A stretch of 61,094 bases of DNA, counting the filler. It is 4 parts of 4 records of this genome, joined end to end, with 100 filler letters (N's around TTAATTAATTAA, not from the genome) between each part and the next. Parts side by side here need not be neighbours in the genome. Positions count along the whole stretch, not along the records: positions 50,841 to 61,094 come from DRR723986_6751; 3 more parts are not named here. One strand, given 5' to 3'. The position numbers and the translations under genes are program-made. Positions 59,544 to 61,094 of this stretch are shown piece after piece. The notes below the pieces were generated by a model. That model made no database searches. It had not been told where the DNA came from and saw only the letters and a program-made list of their open reading frames with translations. Each line of letters opens with the position of its first letter. Positions within the stretch are counted from its first letter, which is position 1.

Positions 59544-61094
59544 ATGCAGCAGCTGGATAAAGACGCAAATCAGGAAGTTCTTCGGCTCGAAAACCTCGTC
59601 ACCGAGTTTCACACCGATCAGGGAGTGACACGTGCCGTCGACGATGTTGGTTTCAGTGTGCGCCGTGGCCGTACTCTTGGCATAGTTGGCGAATCGGGCT
59701 CCGGAAAATCGGTGACCTCACTTTCAATCATGCGGCTGATTCCGCAGCCGCCCGGACATATTCGGGCCGGTCGAGCTTTGTTTTACTCCGGCCGCGACGG
59801 TGAGAGCGAAGTTGATCTGCTGGCGCTTTCTGACGCTGAGATGCGCCGCTATCGCGGCAATCGCCTGGCGATGATTTTCCAGGAGCCGATGACATCACTC
59901 AATCCCGTCTTTCGCTGTGGTGATCAAATTGCCGAGGCGCTGATCCTGCATCAGGGGCTTAAACGCTCCACGGCCAACGAGCGCGTCATCGAGTTGTTAA
60001 AAGAAGTTGATCTTCCGCGTCCCGAAGTAATTGTTAAGCAGTACCCGCACCAACTTTCCGGCGGCCAGAAACAGCGCGTAATGATTGCGATGGCTATCAG
60101 CTGCCGTCCCGACGTGTTAATCGCCGATGAGCCGACCACGGCACTCGACGTCACCGTGCAGGCACATATTCTGGATCTTCTGGCGGGCTTGCGCGAGCGC
60201 CACGGCATGGGTGTGATGTTTATCACGCATGACCTAGGCGTTGTGGCCGACATTGCCGACGAAGTGGCTGTAATGTTTAAAGGCAAACTTGTCGAGTACG
60301 GCTCGGTGGATCAGATATTTCGCGACCCGCAGCACGCCTATACGCGTGGTTTGCTGGCCTGCCGTCCGCCGCGCAATCGCAGACTTAAACGCCTCGCTAC
60401 GGTTGCAGACTTTATGCAGTCGAGTTCCGGCGCAACACCGCAAGTGGAGACGGTTCTGAAAAGTTTGGAGTTTCCGGCTGGGGAGCAGGAGGGGCGCAGT
60501 TTAACATTGGACGATAGGTCGGACTTGCTGCGCGTTGACAACCTTGAAGTGCACTTTCCAATCCGTACCGGCCTGTTTAACAAACAGAACGATGTTGTCA
60601 AAGCGGTTGACGGTATCAGTTTCAGCGTTAAACGCGGCGAGACACTTGGCCTGGTGGGCGAGTCCGGATGCGGTAAAACAACTGCCGGCCGCGCGATTCT
60701 GCGCTTAATCGAACCGACGGGCGGTTCCGTAAACTTTGACGGCCACAACCTGGCTGATTATTCAGCGGAGCAAATGCGTGAGCTACGCCGCGATGCGCAG
60801 ATCGTTTTTCAGGATCCTTATGGTTCGCTGAACCCGCGATTTAAGGTTGGCAGCGCGATTCTGGAAGTACTTGAGGCACACGCTGTTAAATCCTCAAAGG
60901 CGGAGCGTCGCGACTATGTGGATGAGCTGCTCCTGCGCGTGGGCATGCAGCCGGAGCATGGTTCACATTACCCACATGAATTTTCGGGTGGGCAGCGTCA
61001 GCGAATATGCATTGCGCGCGCCCTGGCGCTCAACCCACGCTTTTTGATTTGTGACGAATCGGTTTCGGCGCTGGATGTCTCGGTGCAGGCGCAG
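59544..61094 (+). CDS. Fused dipeptide/oligopeptide ABC transporter ATP-binding protein (runs off window end)
   Basis: Own translation: [51 protein letters not shown]; second Walker A GESGCGKT; ends [15 protein letters not shown]; absent from the ORF track because it has no stop. Confidence 0.93.
   Translation, partial: MQQLDKDANQEVLRLENLVTEFHTDQGVTRAVDDVGFSVRRGRTLGIVGESGSGKSVTSLSIMRLIPQPPGHIRAGRALFYSGRDGESEVDLLALSDAEMRRYRGNRLAMIFQEPMTSLNPVFRCGDQIAEALILHQGLKRSTANERVIELLKEVDLPRPEVIVKQYPHQLSGGQKQRVMIAMAISCRPDVLIADEPTTALDVTVQAHILDLLAGLRERHGMGVMFITHDLGVVADIADEVAVMFKGKLVEYGSVDQIFRDPQHAYTRGLLACRPPRNRRLKRLATVADFMQSSSGATPQVETVLKSLEFPAGEQEGRSLTLDDRSDLLRVDNLEVHFPIRTGLFNKQNDVVKAVDGISFSVKRGETLGLVGESGCGKTTAGRAILRLIEPTGGSVNFDGHNLADYSAEQMRELRRDAQIVFQDPYGSLNPRFKVGSAILEVLEAHAVKSSKAERRDYVDELLLRVGMQPEHGSHYPHEFSGGQRQRICIARALALNPRFLICDESVSALDVSVQAQ

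Noticed and set aside
59951-61047. Short ORFs listed over the last 1.1 kb
   Set aside because: The region is one open + frame from 59544 encoding the ABC ATPase.

Overview
This window is not one locus. Three 100-nt linkers (N-run, TTAATTAATTAA, N-run) at 18264-18363, 42134-42233 and 50741-50840 join four unrelated contigs. (1) 1-18263: betaproteobacterial (Burkholderiales, Limnobacter-like by inference) housekeeping DNA: rsuA, efp/earP, xerC-DUF484-dapF, two lipid A acyltransferases, metK with a SAM-II riboswitch, ahcY with a SAH riboswitch, tlyA, metF, slt and argD/F/G. (2) 18364-42133: AT-rich Bacteroidota polysaccharide utilisation locus matching the carrageenan / 3,6-anhydro-D-galactose pathway (SusC/D, GH129-like, GH127, two sulfatases, dauABCD, three transporters, AraC). 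Four of its promoters share a GGTAAAAT-N13-GGTAAAAT direct repeat placed exactly 31 nt before a CTTT(G/A) element, a candidate AraC (CgrA) operator. (3) 42234-50740: GC-rich Rhodobacteraceae-like DNA. A TIR-transmembrane-WD40 gene lies head-to-head with an NrtR-type Nudix regulator. The spacer holds GT-N7-AC operators and a candidate sRNA with two CUGUCCC loops. An Rrf2 gene and a pdo-(DUF442+sqr)-sulP sulfide-oxidation cluster follow. (4) 50841-61094: FCB-group-like DNA with a Rieske/cytochrome b pair whose cytochrome b lacks both heme bH histidines. Best candidates for undescribed biology are the TIR-WD40/NrtR/sRNA module, the one-heme cytochrome b, and the carrageenan-regulon operator. All calls come from reading the sequence and recalling family motifs; no searches were run.
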